Source: a virus (taxonomy: Duplodnaviria; Caudoviricetes). Taken from it: a stretch of 33,616 nucleotides of DNA. Below are positions 1 to 9,117 of the stretch, one piece after another. The translations under genes and the position numbers were made by a program. The stretch covers positions 1 to 33,616 of IMG/VR virus record IMGVR_UViG_3300046786_000099. One strand, given 5' to 3'. Numbering within the stretch: position 1 is the stretch's first letter; each line of letters starts with the position of its first letter. The notes beneath the pieces are model-generated. The model had not been told where the DNA came from and ran no database searches. It saw nothing but the letters and a program-made list of their open reading frames with translations.

Positions 1-330
1 GCATCTTTTTATGCTCACAGATTAATTTGGCAAATGATAAATGGCGATTTGCAAGATATGGATATTGACCATATTAACGGAATAAAAAGCGATAATAGAA
101 TTGAAAATTTAAGATTGGTAGTTAGAAAAACAAATGCTCAAAATTTAATAAAAGCAAAAAAACAAAATAAATTAGGCGTATTAGGAGTGCATCAACGAGG
201 AAATAAATTTATATCTCAAATAATATATAAAGGCAAAGTGAAGCATTTAGGTATTTTTGATAATATAGAAAAAGCAGCACAAACCTATTTAACAGCAAAA
301 AGAAAGTACCACGAAGGATGCACGATTTAA
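1..330 (+). CDS. HNH homing endonuclease with C-terminal AP2-like DNA-binding domain (5'-truncated by window)
   Basis: Frame is open from base 1 (ASFYAHRLIWQMINGD...). Contains HNH_3-type motif AHRL...IDHINGIKSDNRIENLR followed by AP2-like GVLGVH...HLGIFDNIEKAAQTY. Confidence 0.85.
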   Translation, partial: ASFYAHRLIWQMINGDLQDMDIDHINGIKSDNRIENLRLVVRKTNAQNLIKAKKQNKLGVLGVHQRGNKFISQIIYKGKVKHLGIFDNIEKAAQTYLTAKRKYHEGCTI

Positions 331-497
331 GGATGTATGAGCTTGCTAATACAAGCATGGAAGCAGAAAGATACTGTACTAACTGCACAATGAACCGCCC
401 TTCAATGGGCGGCTACTGGAAAATAGCTGATAATCGCAAATCGCGTAGATGGGTATGCAAAGCCTGTTATGACAAAAAGTTTAAGCAAACGCCCTAG
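318..497 (+). CDS. Small Zn-finger-like protein, 59 aa (not in ORF track)
   Basis: Manual translation: MHDLRMYELANTSMEAERYCTNCTMNRPSMGGYWKIADNRKSRRWVCKACYDKKFKQTP. Two CxxC pairs; overlaps the end of the HNH gene. Confidence 0.6.
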   Translation: MHDLRMYELANTSMEAERYCTNCTMNRPSMGGYWKIADNRKSRRWVCKACYDKKFKQTP

Positions 498-915
498 TGC
501 CTGATTTATCAATAATCAAAGCCTGTTTTCTTGGCGGTAAATCTTTACCGTTTGGTATGCTTATGTGTGTCCAAGCATCAAACTCCCGAATCACTTGGTC
601 ATACTGTAGCCCTGATTTTACAATTGCACTAACAACTTCATTAGGAGTCATTCCTTTTACTTTAAGGTCTGCCGCCGTTCCCCTGCAATGTTGTGAGGTT
701 TTTTTTCCACCAACTGCCTCATTTGCAAGTGGGCTACGGTAGGCAGAATTAATGTGAATTGGTTTGCCTAATAGCTTGCGCACATCCTCTAAAAACAATG
801 CTAAACGGCGCAGGTTCATCAAAACTTCATTAGATGGGGTTTGGTCTATATGATGCCGTGATGCTGTTTCACTGGCAATCATTTCCTCTAGTGTAAAGTT
901 TTCAGATAGGTTCAT
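481..915 (-). CDS. Endolysin, peptidase M15A family (Zn peptidase)
   Basis: Motifs LSENFTLEE, INSAYRS...N..VGG...SQHCRGTAAD and WTHIS; last gene of the late arm, next to holin-like genes. Confidence 0.9.
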   Translation of the reverse strand: MNLSENFTLEEMIASETASRHHIDQTPSNEVLMNLRRLALFLEDVRKLLGKPIHINSAYRSPLANEAVGGKKTSQHCRGTAADLKVKGMTPNEVVSAIVKSGLQYDQVIREFDAWTHISIPNGKDLPPRKQALIIDKSGTRAFA

Positions 916-1412
916 TTTTTAGTCGCCAATAAATCTGCTTTGTCTTTACTGCCTTGAGAGCTACCAAAGTAAAAACTAATAACTTGTGTAGCAGCACTGG
1001 TTAAAAATCCAAGAGCATAAATAACAATGTTTTCCTGCGTATCTGGTATATCTATAAACATCAAAATACCAACAAGAGTAAATGCTACTGCAACAATACC
1101 CAAAGCAAGAATTGGCATTACAAGTTTTTCAAGAATGTGTACTGCCGGATTAGTTGCAATTGCTAAATGTGCTGCTCTTGCATCACCGCGATCTTTAACC
1201 TCTTGTTCGAACATAAATTCTTCATGCTTCATTGCTGCTTCTTTTAATGACGATAGCTTTTCATCCGATAGTTTGCCATCAGCATCAGGCGTTAATGTGA
1301 TGCCTAATTTTTCTTCAACATGGGCAACGCCTTTATCTAATACAGAATCAACTACCTTTTGCATACCTGCGCCTGCAAGCTGCGTTAATATTGGAACGAG
1401 TAATGGCAACAT
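912..1412 (-). CDS. Holin-like membrane protein (GTA 3TM holin-like)
   Basis: N-terminal amphipathic segment, DRGDAR motif, two hydrophobic helices and C-terminal ISFYFGSSQGSKDK; ATGA overlap with the endolysin. Confidence 0.7.
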   Translation of the reverse strand: MLPLLVPILTQLAGAGMQKVVDSVLDKGVAHVEEKLGITLTPDADGKLSDEKLSSLKEAAMKHEEFMFEQEVKDRGDARAAHLAIATNPAVHILEKLVMPILALGIVAVAFTLVGILMFIDIPDTQENIVIYALGFLTSAATQVISFYFGSSQGSKDKADLLATKK

Positions 1413-1678
1413 TATTTTTTATTCCTTTCTTCCATAAGTTTAATTCGCACTTGCAAATCGTGAATGTCTGTATAAATTGCTTCTTTTAATTTGTGCCTTT
1501 GCTCGGCAGATAATGGACTATCAGTCGGAACGCCTTGTGGAGTAATTAGTGCAGGCATTGCGCCTTCTATCTTTACTAGACGTTCATTAAAAGAACCAAC
1601 CTGATTAAGCAGCCAGATAATTGCCAAAACCAACATTGGCAAAAGAATCTTAGCTACATCTTCCATTTTAAAATTCAT
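1412..1678 (-). CDS. Lysis-region protein with N-terminal TM helix and coiled coil
   Basis: Hydrophobic ILLPMLVLAIIWLL followed by a helical C-terminus; TAATG-coupled to the holin. Confidence 0.65.
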   Translation of the reverse strand: MNFKMEDVAKILLPMLVLAIIWLLNQVGSFNERLVKIEGAMPALITPQGVPTDSPLSAEQRHKLKEAIYTDIHDLQVRIKLMEERNKK

Positions 1679-2302
1679 TTAATACCCACCTTGATTTACC
1701 ATCCATATCATTGACAGAATAAAACCGTACAAAATTCCAGTTATAACTATTGCGCCTGTAACCGTATAACAAAAATCAATAATCTTTTGCCGCTTGCGTT
1801 TTGCTTTCATTTTATCGGCAGCAATTTGCAATCTTTTTTCTGTTTCTGCTCTGCGTTTTTCTTCCGCTTTAGCTTCACGATCTGCGCGAAGTTTACTAAG
1901 GCGTGCCCAAAAATCATCCCACAAACCCGCTTCATTAAATGTATAAATGAAGTAATGTTTTATATCGTCATAATATTGTTTTATTTGCCGATCAATTGTC
2001 ATCATTTCCATGACATATTGGGCATCAGATATTGCGTCTGGCACTGGTTCGCCATTAGCAATTGCTTGATCTTGTATTTGCTTTGCTTCTTCTAGCTGTG
2101 TCCTAGCTGCTTCATATTTACCCGCACCAGAAAAAAACTTGCTTATAAATGGCATTGAATCTTTTAGCTGTTTGCCTGAATCAACGCATTCATTTATTTT
2201 ATTAAAAGCATCTGTTGTTTCTTCTGCCGCAGATTTTACTGCTTTAATTATTGCACTTACGCCTTGCACAACCATTATGGTTGTCGATATTGGTTCGATC
2301 AT
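1679..2302 (-). CDS. Hypothetical helical protein with C-terminal TM anchor
   Basis: 207-aa ORF with charged coiled coil, basic patch and a C-terminal hydrophobic helix; abuts the downstream gene. Confidence 0.7.
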   Translation of the reverse strand: MIEPISTTIMVVQGVSAIIKAVKSAAEETTDAFNKINECVDSGKQLKDSMPFISKFFSGAGKYEAARTQLEEAKQIQDQAIANGEPVPDAISDAQYVMEMMTIDRQIKQYYDDIKHYFIYTFNEAGLWDDFWARLSKLRADREAKAEEKRRAETEKRLQIAADKMKAKRKRQKIIDFCYTVTGAIVITGILYGFILSMIWMVNQGGY

Positions 2303-2339
2303 AACGCACCATATTTTGCCTTTAAGTTTCTATGGTGTC

Positions 2340-2522
2340 TTATTTTAACAAAAGATTAATTAATAAAATTATGATAGTACCTGCCCCACCAATCATAATT
2401 GTTTCTAATCTTTTTAATCGCGCATTAACGCCACGCATTTCACGTTCTATGCCTTCATAACGTACACTGCAAATGTCAATATGAGAATCAATTTTTGCAT
2501 TTACTTCATTTACGGATGCCAT
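2340..2522 (-). CDS. XhlA/hemolysin-like small membrane protein (holin-type)
   Basis: IDSHIDICSVRYEGI...NARLKRLE coiled coil plus C-terminal TM helix; located at the start of the lysis cassette. Confidence 0.6.
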   Translation of the reverse strand: MASVNEVNAKIDSHIDICSVRYEGIEREMRGVNARLKRLETIMIGGAGTIIILLINLLLK

Positions 2523-2527
2523 AATAT

Positions 2528-3649
2528 TTACCTAAAGAATTTTCCGACCATCCAACAAACTACAGAATATCTATTGCCAGAAATTATATCCTCAACTCCA
2601 TGCGGTATGAATGAAGGAAATACAATTACTGTGCCTTTTTTCTGCAATGGATAGACCTTTTTATGTCCTTGCATGAAATAAAATTTCCCACCTTCAAAGT
2701 CATCATTTAAAAATGCAAGAACCGTAAGTTTGCGGCAATCTTGTGCAGTTGGGTCTAAGAATGTATCAACATGAGTTGTATAGCGACCGCCTGCCGGATA
2801 CTTTAAAAACTCTGCTTGATTAGCATGAGTAATATCAAACTTCCATGCTTGATTATTTGCTGCTAATCCTGCCGCAGCCAATCGACCGCCAATGTCTTTA
2901 TATATTGGTAGCATAATGCGCTCAACATTACGCACTTCAGGATTGATTGCGCCTGTGCCTTCACCTATAACTGGCGGTAATTTTTCTATAATCTCTTGGT
3001 CATAGGTTGCAATTAATTTGGCACAGGCATCATCATTTAATATGTCTGTGTAAATCCACTGGTTTATTTCTTTTGATTCTTGCGGTATGTTTAATGATGG
3101 TCTTTTATCAAATTTCCAATCAGCATATTTACCGTTTGCATCTACATAATGCAAAAACACTTGCGCTTGCCATTTTCCCTCAGTGTATTTTTCACGCCAG
3201 TGATGCTTAGTCATGCCATGATATAAAACGGCATCGCCAATTTCCATATCAATTTTGCTTGCGTTTTGTTTGTCTGCATCGCCCATATAAATAGACCATA
3301 CATCACCTTCAAAACCTAGCGTAATGGTTGCGCTTATTTCGCACGATTCACGATCTGTGTGAATAACTAATTCATCATTAGGTGCATAAAGTCTAGCGTA
3401 AGAATATGTCGGATAAAGTTTGCGACCAGAAGCCAATTCAAAATGCGGTAATAAATCTACAAGCAATTTATCAAATATTGCAGCACCATGTACTGCTTCA
3501 GATAATGGGCATTGTGAATCTTTTGTTGTTTGTTGTTGCTCAACCAATAATTTAAGTTGTTGCGTTAATTCAGCACATGAATCTTTATGCAAAAAATCTT
3601 TTAGATGCACATATTGGTCAACATCAAATTGTCTTATCTTATCGCACAT
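2528..3649 (-). CDS. Tandem two-domain 2OG-Fe(II) oxygenase (C-terminal prolyl-4-hydroxylase/PKHD-like domain)
   Basis: Domain 1: YPTYSYARLY...HTD...GDAVLY...HHWRE...QVFLHYV. Domain 2: YTTHVD...RKLT...LNDDFEGG...VFPSFIPHGV...RYS. Two HxD...H triads. Confidence 0.88.
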   Translation of the reverse strand: MCDKIRQFDVDQYVHLKDFLHKDSCAELTQQLKLLVEQQQTTKDSQCPLSEAVHGAAIFDKLLVDLLPHFELASGRKLYPTYSYARLYAPNDELVIHTDRESCEISATITLGFEGDVWSIYMGDADKQNASKIDMEIGDAVLYHGMTKHHWREKYTEGKWQAQVFLHYVDANGKYADWKFDKRPSLNIPQESKEINQWIYTDILNDDACAKLIATYDQEIIEKLPPVIGEGTGAINPEVRNVERIMLPIYKDIGGRLAAAGLAANNQAWKFDITHANQAEFLKYPAGGRYTTHVDTFLDPTAQDCRKLTVLAFLNDDFEGGKFYFMQGHKKVYPLQKKGTVIVFPSFIPHGVEDIISGNRYSVVCWMVGKFFR

Positions 3650-3657
3650 ATATTGTC

Positions 3658-3900
3658 CTATTCTGCAACTTCAGTTATTGCGCCATCAATTATTTCACCA
3701 GTTGCTTCAGGTTCTTGCGGTATTGGTCTGCATTGCTCTTGTATGTAATACCATTTATCTGCTACACAATCATCTTGGCAAGCAGTCCAAAATAAAGGTT
3801 GTGCTACTTCAAAAGATACTGATTCAACTTGGCAAATTCTTACACCTTCATTGCCTAAGTAATCTATAACTTTTTCTATTGGAGATATTAAAGCCAACAT
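3658..3900 (-). CDS. Probable tail fibre assembly/accessory protein
   Basis: 80-aa acidic ORF directly after the Gly-rich fibre gene; motif FEVAQPLFW..C.D...AD.WYY. Confidence 0.55.
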   Translation of the reverse strand: MLALISPIEKVIDYLGNEGVRICQVESVSFEVAQPLFWTACQDDCVADKWYYIQEQCRPIPQEPEATGEIIDGAITEVAE

Positions 3901-4748
3901 TAGAAAAACTCCTCAATAATTACAATGCCATTCGATCCTGTTCCGCTTGTTGTTCCGGCTGGTGTACCTCTTGAAGCTCCACCGCTACCACCCGCCCCAT
4001 AACCAGAACCATTTGTTCCGACAACAAGAACACCTGGTCCTGGCGAAGTTAACGATGAACCACCACCCGCACCCAAAATTGAAGGTGCGCCTGCACCACC
4101 AAAAGAAAGTGCAGAACCGGGATTACTTGCGCCTACTCCACCCCTTCCACCAGGAATATTTATACTGCCGCCAGAACCAGTGCCGCCTGCCCCGCCAAGT
4201 GCGACACTGGAAACTACTGCAACAATACCATTGCTACCCGCAGTAGCACTTGCAATAGCCCCAAAAGAATTAGTACCTGCACCTGCGGTAATTGGTTGTG
4301 GACCGGGAATTGATGGTGCAGGAGCATAATAAATAGCCGCACCACCGCTACCCCCACCACTACTAGCAGTACCTACCGGTACAGGAACACCGCTACCGCC
4401 TGCGCCTTGTACAGTAACTTTAATCGCTTTTAATGATGCAGGTTTTGTATAAGTACCGGGACTTGTAAAAACTGTCATTTGATAACCACCACCCGCACCT
4501 GCTGCAGCCGCAGGACTAGAAATCCATGCAGAGCCACTCCAAAGTAAAACATCGTTTGTGGTTGTACCTGCAAGCATATCCACTTGTGATGTACCTGCAC
4601 CAATTAATACTTTGCCTGTGTCTAATGTCGCTCTGCCAGTGCCGCCATTAGCAACTGCAGCACTATTAACTAAGCCTGTGCTTGCGTCTAATTGCCCTGA
4701 AGTGTTTACCTTATTGGCTAACTGCCCTAAATTAAATGCTTGGGTCAT
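3900..4748 (-). CDS. Glycine-rich tail fibre / receptor-binding protein
   Basis: VANGGTG motif, then VFTSPGTYTKP...IKVTVQGAGGSG and Gly-rich repeats ending GSNGIVIIEEF; follows the J-like gene. Confidence 0.8.
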   Translation of the reverse strand: MTQAFNLGQLANKVNTSGQLDASTGLVNSAAVANGGTGRATLDTGKVLIGAGTSQVDMLAGTTTNDVLLWSGSAWISSPAAAAGAGGGYQMTVFTSPGTYTKPASLKAIKVTVQGAGGSGVPVPVGTASSGGGSGGAAIYYAPAPSIPGPQPITAGAGTNSFGAIASATAGSNGIVAVVSSVALGGAGGTGSGGSINIPGGRGGVGASNPGSALSFGGAGAPSILGAGGGSSLTSPGPGVLVVGTNGSGYGAGGSGGASRGTPAGTTSGTGSNGIVIIEEFF

Positions 4749-7700
4749 GCTGCACCTGTCCTGTCAAATGTTTGTTGATTAAGTACATTTAAATTTGAAG
4801 TTGGAGTTACTGCTAAAGTGTAACTGCCGCTTGCTGTTGTAAAGTCCGTTCCCATTACTAATAAGCATCCATTATTGTATAACTCAAAAGCATTAACATC
4901 ATAGGAATAATTGTAAGAATTTACACCAATTGCTGTGTTAATTGTTGATAGTGCATTTAATCCGGCAGGCGTTCCCAAATTACTAGGCGCAAATTGGAAT
5001 ATTTGTAAATCACCTGTCATTGTAGATGGGAAATTATTTATTGTGTTAGCAACCAAATCATAATCTTGGTCATTAATAATTACGCCATTTAAAAACATAA
5101 CTTCTGAACCTGATACAAATTGCCATTCAGTAGGCGTATAAGTTGATGCGGCAGATAATGTTGCGCTAAACCTAGAAAATGCCGGATAGCCTGAACCTGC
5201 CGCCCTGTATCTATAAATAATTGCGCCTGCCGTTGCAGTAAATGAGCCAGTAAATGTTATTTGGCTAGTCGCATAATTAACGGATGAAACAGTGTATAAA
5301 GTTGGACTACCAGTATTAGCAAACGCTAATTGATCTCCTGCATTAATTAATTGATGCGTAAGATTAGTAAATGTAACAGTAGATGTTCCTGAACCGCTTG
5401 AATATAAAATGCCCAAATCTTCATAATAAATGGACATATTTTTTGGTCTAAATGACAAAATAGCAACCTGCTCACCTACTACGCAAGCAGTATTCATTGT
5501 CACATTGGTGCTTGTTTCTGTGTAATCGCTTGTTGGGTCTAGCAATAAACCATTTCTAAATATCCAATCTTGCCCTGTAATGTAACCCGCACCTCGTGTG
5601 CTTGGCGTAAATACAGTTTGCCCTGCGGTTGCGGTAAATTCTTGGCTTGTGTAATTAAATTCATCGGGCGAAACCAATCCAACAACCCTGCCGTAAATGT
5701 CAATTGTGATGTTTGCGCCACTACCTGTAAATGTTGATGCCCCACCAAAATCTAAGAATGGGAATAATCCACTAACCATTGTTCCGTCAGGATTGTTTGT
5801 GACTACAAGTTGCCCACCGCCTGTGGTTGTCGTTCCGCTTTTGGTTAGTTGCCCTGTTCTAAGGTCTAAATCAATATGATTATCTGTGCCTGATAAAGCA
5901 GACCAAGCCGAACTATCATAGGTTGATGTAGGCACAAATGCGCCAGTACCCGCAGCTTGTGACGCAGGAGCAATTCCAAAACTAAATGTTCGCCCACCTC
6001 TATTTGTATAGCAAAGAAAATAAACAGTGCCAAATGTTGGTTGTGCTAAATACCATGTATAGTCATTTGGATTAGAACTAAATGTTTGATTGGTTGAATT
6101 AAATAAACCGTAATAAGATTTGCCAGTTGGTGATGCTGAAAGCCCTGTTCCAGTAATAGTATCTGCATAAGCAACAACCAAATATTTTTCGGGGTAGGTA
6201 AAGGTTGTGGGTCTCCACGTTAGTTTTGTTGATGCCGCAGAAAAATCACTTGAACCAAGTTGATTGACCATACGTGAAAAGAAATACCAATCGCCCGATG
6301 GAATATCCGTAAGCGTAATAATTGGCATTGCAGTTGATGGGTCATAAGGATTGCCATTGGATTGAATGGCAGTTGTTCCGGCAAATATTCTTTGTGATGC
6401 TGTTGGGCTTGCGTAAGGCGAATACCAAATTTCCGCATATTGAACAATGCCTGCCGAACTAGTAGTAACACTAACTTGAAATGATGGGTTTGGTGCTGAA
6501 GGTTGATTGCCGCCAATAACAGGCACAGGTATTGTGCCAAATGTTAATGGGTCTCCCAATCCAGTATTAGGCGCAGGAGTAAATTCTGTGATTGCTACAT
6601 CATCATAAACAGTTGGATTAAATTCAAGCAATGCAAGCGTAGCTGTTACTGAACCATTTTCGCTAAATTTTTCTGTAACTTTAGCAATTCTAAATAGCTT
6701 TGCAACCCATCCATAATTTGCATTTGTAAGTGTAACAATATCACCTGCTTCTAATTGTATTCCTTCAAAATTAACTTCTAATTGCACTTGCAAATCTTCA
6801 CGACAAGATTCTAAGAATCTATTTGCAAGTAATTGCGCTCTTACATTGTTGCTAACTAACTGCAAAGTAATTTGCTGTTTGTTTACTGGTTCATTAGGGT
6901 AAAGCAAAGAAGGATTAATTACTGCAAGGTCAAAAGTTACTGAAGCAAATGAATCTTGTTCTGAACCATCGGGAAATTTAACCTCTGCAATATTAAATGA
7001 ATTGCTAATGTCAGTAGGTGAAACTTGAATGCCAGAAACAATATTAGAATTGTCCAATGCCATTGCAACTGTATAAGTAGGTTGTTGAACAATAACGCCC
7101 CATTGACCAGTTATCTCATTATATTTAACCAAACAATCACAACTATTAGCCATTAATTGAATATTGGTCATAATAGGTTGATTAGTTTCTAATACGCCAT
7201 CAAACTGAAACCTTTTTAAAGTTTGATTAAACCCATTGTAATCAGTGTAATTAATTAAGACATTTGAATATGTGTTTAATGCTGTTAATGATGCAGTGTC
7301 AACTTGTGATGTGGTTAATGCTGCTCCATATCTTGTAGAAGTTAAATAATCTAAGAAACAATCGCCCGGTGCTTTTCTTGCATTTGTAACTTGAAAACGC
7401 ATTTGATCTAAGCCACGCACATTTGCTGTTACGCTATAAGTTAATTTAACAATAGCAAAAACAGTGTTAGTCATTTGTTTTGTTGCATCCCATTTATAAA
7501 CTAAATTTGGGTCAGACAAAACATTAATTGCGCTATTAGCTGTGTTTACTGGTTCACTACTACCGTTTTTATATAAGTAAATATTTATCTTGCCATTAAC
7601 TGTGGTGTCATCTAATCCAGTTGACATATCACGTAAGGCAATAACTTTTGTTAAATCAGTGCCATCAAATATTACTTTTTTACCTGCGTAAAATATATCG

Positions 7701-8053
7701 CCAAAAGTAAAAACGTCAGGAGTTCCACCTGTTTCTGTATTTGTTACTTCAGATAATGCAACCACATAATAAATTTGCTGATTGTTACTTGTAATAGTCA
7801 TGTCTATTACTGCACCGCCAAGCCAAGCAGTGCCGTAAACAATAGGTAATTTATTATCTGCCGCAGGCGGTACAGTTGCACGATTGCCTGGATTTGGTAC
7901 ACCTGCTAATCCATTAGAAAGCGATGGTTGATCTGGCGCAAATACACGAGCAACAATAGCAGACGCAACCATATTAATCGCAAAGGTTGCAACCGCAAGT
8001 GCCACACCCGTTAATTGAACCCCTAAAGCTGCTAATACAACTGATGCTGGCAT
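4745..8053 (-). CDS. Tail tip / host-specificity protein (lambda J-like central fibre)
   Basis: 1102 aa; LPIVYG, DYLTSTRYGA, LEAGDIVTLT...FRI and LEFNPTVYD motifs; beta-rich C-terminus with TATAGQTVFT-like segments. Confidence 0.85.
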   Translation of the reverse strand: MPASVVLAALGVQLTGVALAVATFAINMVASAIVARVFAPDQPSLSNGLAGVPNPGNRATVPPAADNKLPIVYGTAWLGGAVIDMTITSNNQQIYYVVALSEVTNTETGGTPDVFTFGDIFYAGKKVIFDGTDLTKVIALRDMSTGLDDTTVNGKINIYLYKNGSSEPVNTANSAINVLSDPNLVYKWDATKQMTNTVFAIVKLTYSVTANVRGLDQMRFQVTNARKAPGDCFLDYLTSTRYGAALTTSQVDTASLTALNTYSNVLINYTDYNGFNQTLKRFQFDGVLETNQPIMTNIQLMANSCDCLVKYNEITGQWGVIVQQPTYTVAMALDNSNIVSGIQVSPTDISNSFNIAEVKFPDGSEQDSFASVTFDLAVINPSLLYPNEPVNKQQITLQLVSNNVRAQLLANRFLESCREDLQVQLEVNFEGIQLEAGDIVTLTNANYGWVAKLFRIAKVTEKFSENGSVTATLALLEFNPTVYDDVAITEFTPAPNTGLGDPLTFGTIPVPVIGGNQPSAPNPSFQVSVTTSSAGIVQYAEIWYSPYASPTASQRIFAGTTAIQSNGNPYDPSTAMPIITLTDIPSGDWYFFSRMVNQLGSSDFSAASTKLTWRPTTFTYPEKYLVVAYADTITGTGLSASPTGKSYYGLFNSTNQTFSSNPNDYTWYLAQPTFGTVYFLCYTNRGGRTFSFGIAPASQAAGTGAFVPTSTYDSSAWSALSGTDNHIDLDLRTGQLTKSGTTTTGGGQLVVTNNPDGTMVSGLFPFLDFGGASTFTGSGANITIDIYGRVVGLVSPDEFNYTSQEFTATAGQTVFTPSTRGAGYITGQDWIFRNGLLLDPTSDYTETSTNVTMNTACVVGEQVAILSFRPKNMSIYYEDLGILYSSGSGTSTVTFTNLTHQLINAGDQLAFANTGSPTLYTVSSVNYATSQITFTGSFTATAGAIIYRYRAAGSGYPAFSRFSATLSAASTYTPTEWQFVSGSEVMFLNGVIINDQDYDLVANTINNFPSTMTGDLQIFQFAPSNLGTPAGLNALSTINTAIGVNSYNYSYDVNAFELYNNGCLLVMGTDFTTASGSYTLAVTPTSNLNVLNQQTFDRTGAA

Positions 8054-8054
8054 T

Positions 8055-8501
8055 TTATTTAACCCAAGTTTCCTCTAGTTTTCCTAGACCAAATTTTTCA
8101 TATTTTAAATCAGGCGAACTAATCATCTTGCTCATTGTGTACATTTGAATTTTTCCAGATTTCATCATCTTGTCGCATTCATCAACATAAGATTTTAAAA
8201 GTCTGTAAGCGGCAGTGCCACCTCTAAATTCAGGTTCTACCCAATATGCTATTTCGCTACATTGTCTAACTTTTGGATTCCATACATTAGGAATTAATCC
8301 TGCAATAATCATCCCAATAACTGCATCATTTTTTTCAGCCAATAAAATAAATCCTGCGCCAACCATTATTTCAGTAAGCAAACCTTCAATGTAATTTTGA
8401 TCGTCTGCTTGTCTTAAAATTTCTATTGGTGCTGCATCTCTATAATTTTTTAACATTTCAAGAATTCTAGGAATGTCAAATTTGTTTGCTTGTCTTATCA
8501 T
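8055..8501 (-). CDS. GNAT-family acetyltransferase-like protein
   Basis: MIRQANKFD start, YWVEPEFRGGTAAYRLL (acetyl-CoA motif A) and YEKFGL near the C-terminus. Confidence 0.8.
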   Translation of the reverse strand: MIRQANKFDIPRILEMLKNYRDAAPIEILRQADDQNYIEGLLTEIMVGAGFILLAEKNDAVIGMIIAGLIPNVWNPKVRQCSEIAYWVEPEFRGGTAAYRLLKSYVDECDKMMKSGKIQMYTMSKMISSPDLKYEKFGLGKLEETWVK

Positions 8502-8511
8502 GTTTTATCCT

Positions 8512-9117
8512 TTATGAACTCATTGGTGCATCTTTCCCAAAATAATAATTAATGGTTGAAATATAATTTACTCGGTTCATTGATGTGTCGGCAGAATTAT
8601 AAAATTGCCATGAATTATTATTAGTGTATCTACCTGCTACTCTGTTTTGCAAAACTAATTGTATTGATGATGCTGAAACATTTATTACACCTACATACGA
8701 TCTAACTTCTTCCATCCATTCTTCATTAATAGCAAAAGAATTTATATAACCATTAAAAAATTGATATAAACCGCCTGTGCCGCCTGTAGTAATTAATTGA
8801 TTATTTGTATCAAAAAAGCCATGCCACATTTCAATTTGTGAGCCTTTAATATCTGCACCTAATACAAGTGAAAGCATTGATGTATCAATACCAACAAGCG
8901 TAACACTTGTTTCATTTGCTGTTGATTTTATGTCACGAGTAGCAGAGCCAACATTGACAAGCTGCCCTAATGCAGAAAATGGGTTTGCATCAACCGCAGG
9001 GATGGTTAATGCGCTAGGCGTAGTTGCAAAACGATAAACTGCGGATGCCGTAGTAATGCGAACAAAATCCGCATATCGAATATTGTTTGTATTATCAACT
9101 GGCGCAATTACATTCAC
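8512..9117 (-). CDS. Minor tail protein (baseplate hub / gpL-like)
   Basis: Position between distal tail and J-like genes; beta-rich, with GRYTN...WQ...DTSMNRV C-terminus. Confidence 0.65.
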   Translation of the reverse strand: MNVIAPVDNTNNIRYADFVRITTASAVYRFATTPSALTIPAVDANPFSALGQLVNVGSATRDIKSTANETSVTLVGIDTSMLSLVLGADIKGSQIEMWHGFFDTNNQLITTGGTGGLYQFFNGYINSFAINEEWMEEVRSYVGVINVSASSIQLVLQNRVAGRYTNNNSWQFYNSADTSMNRVNYISTINYYFGKDAPMSS

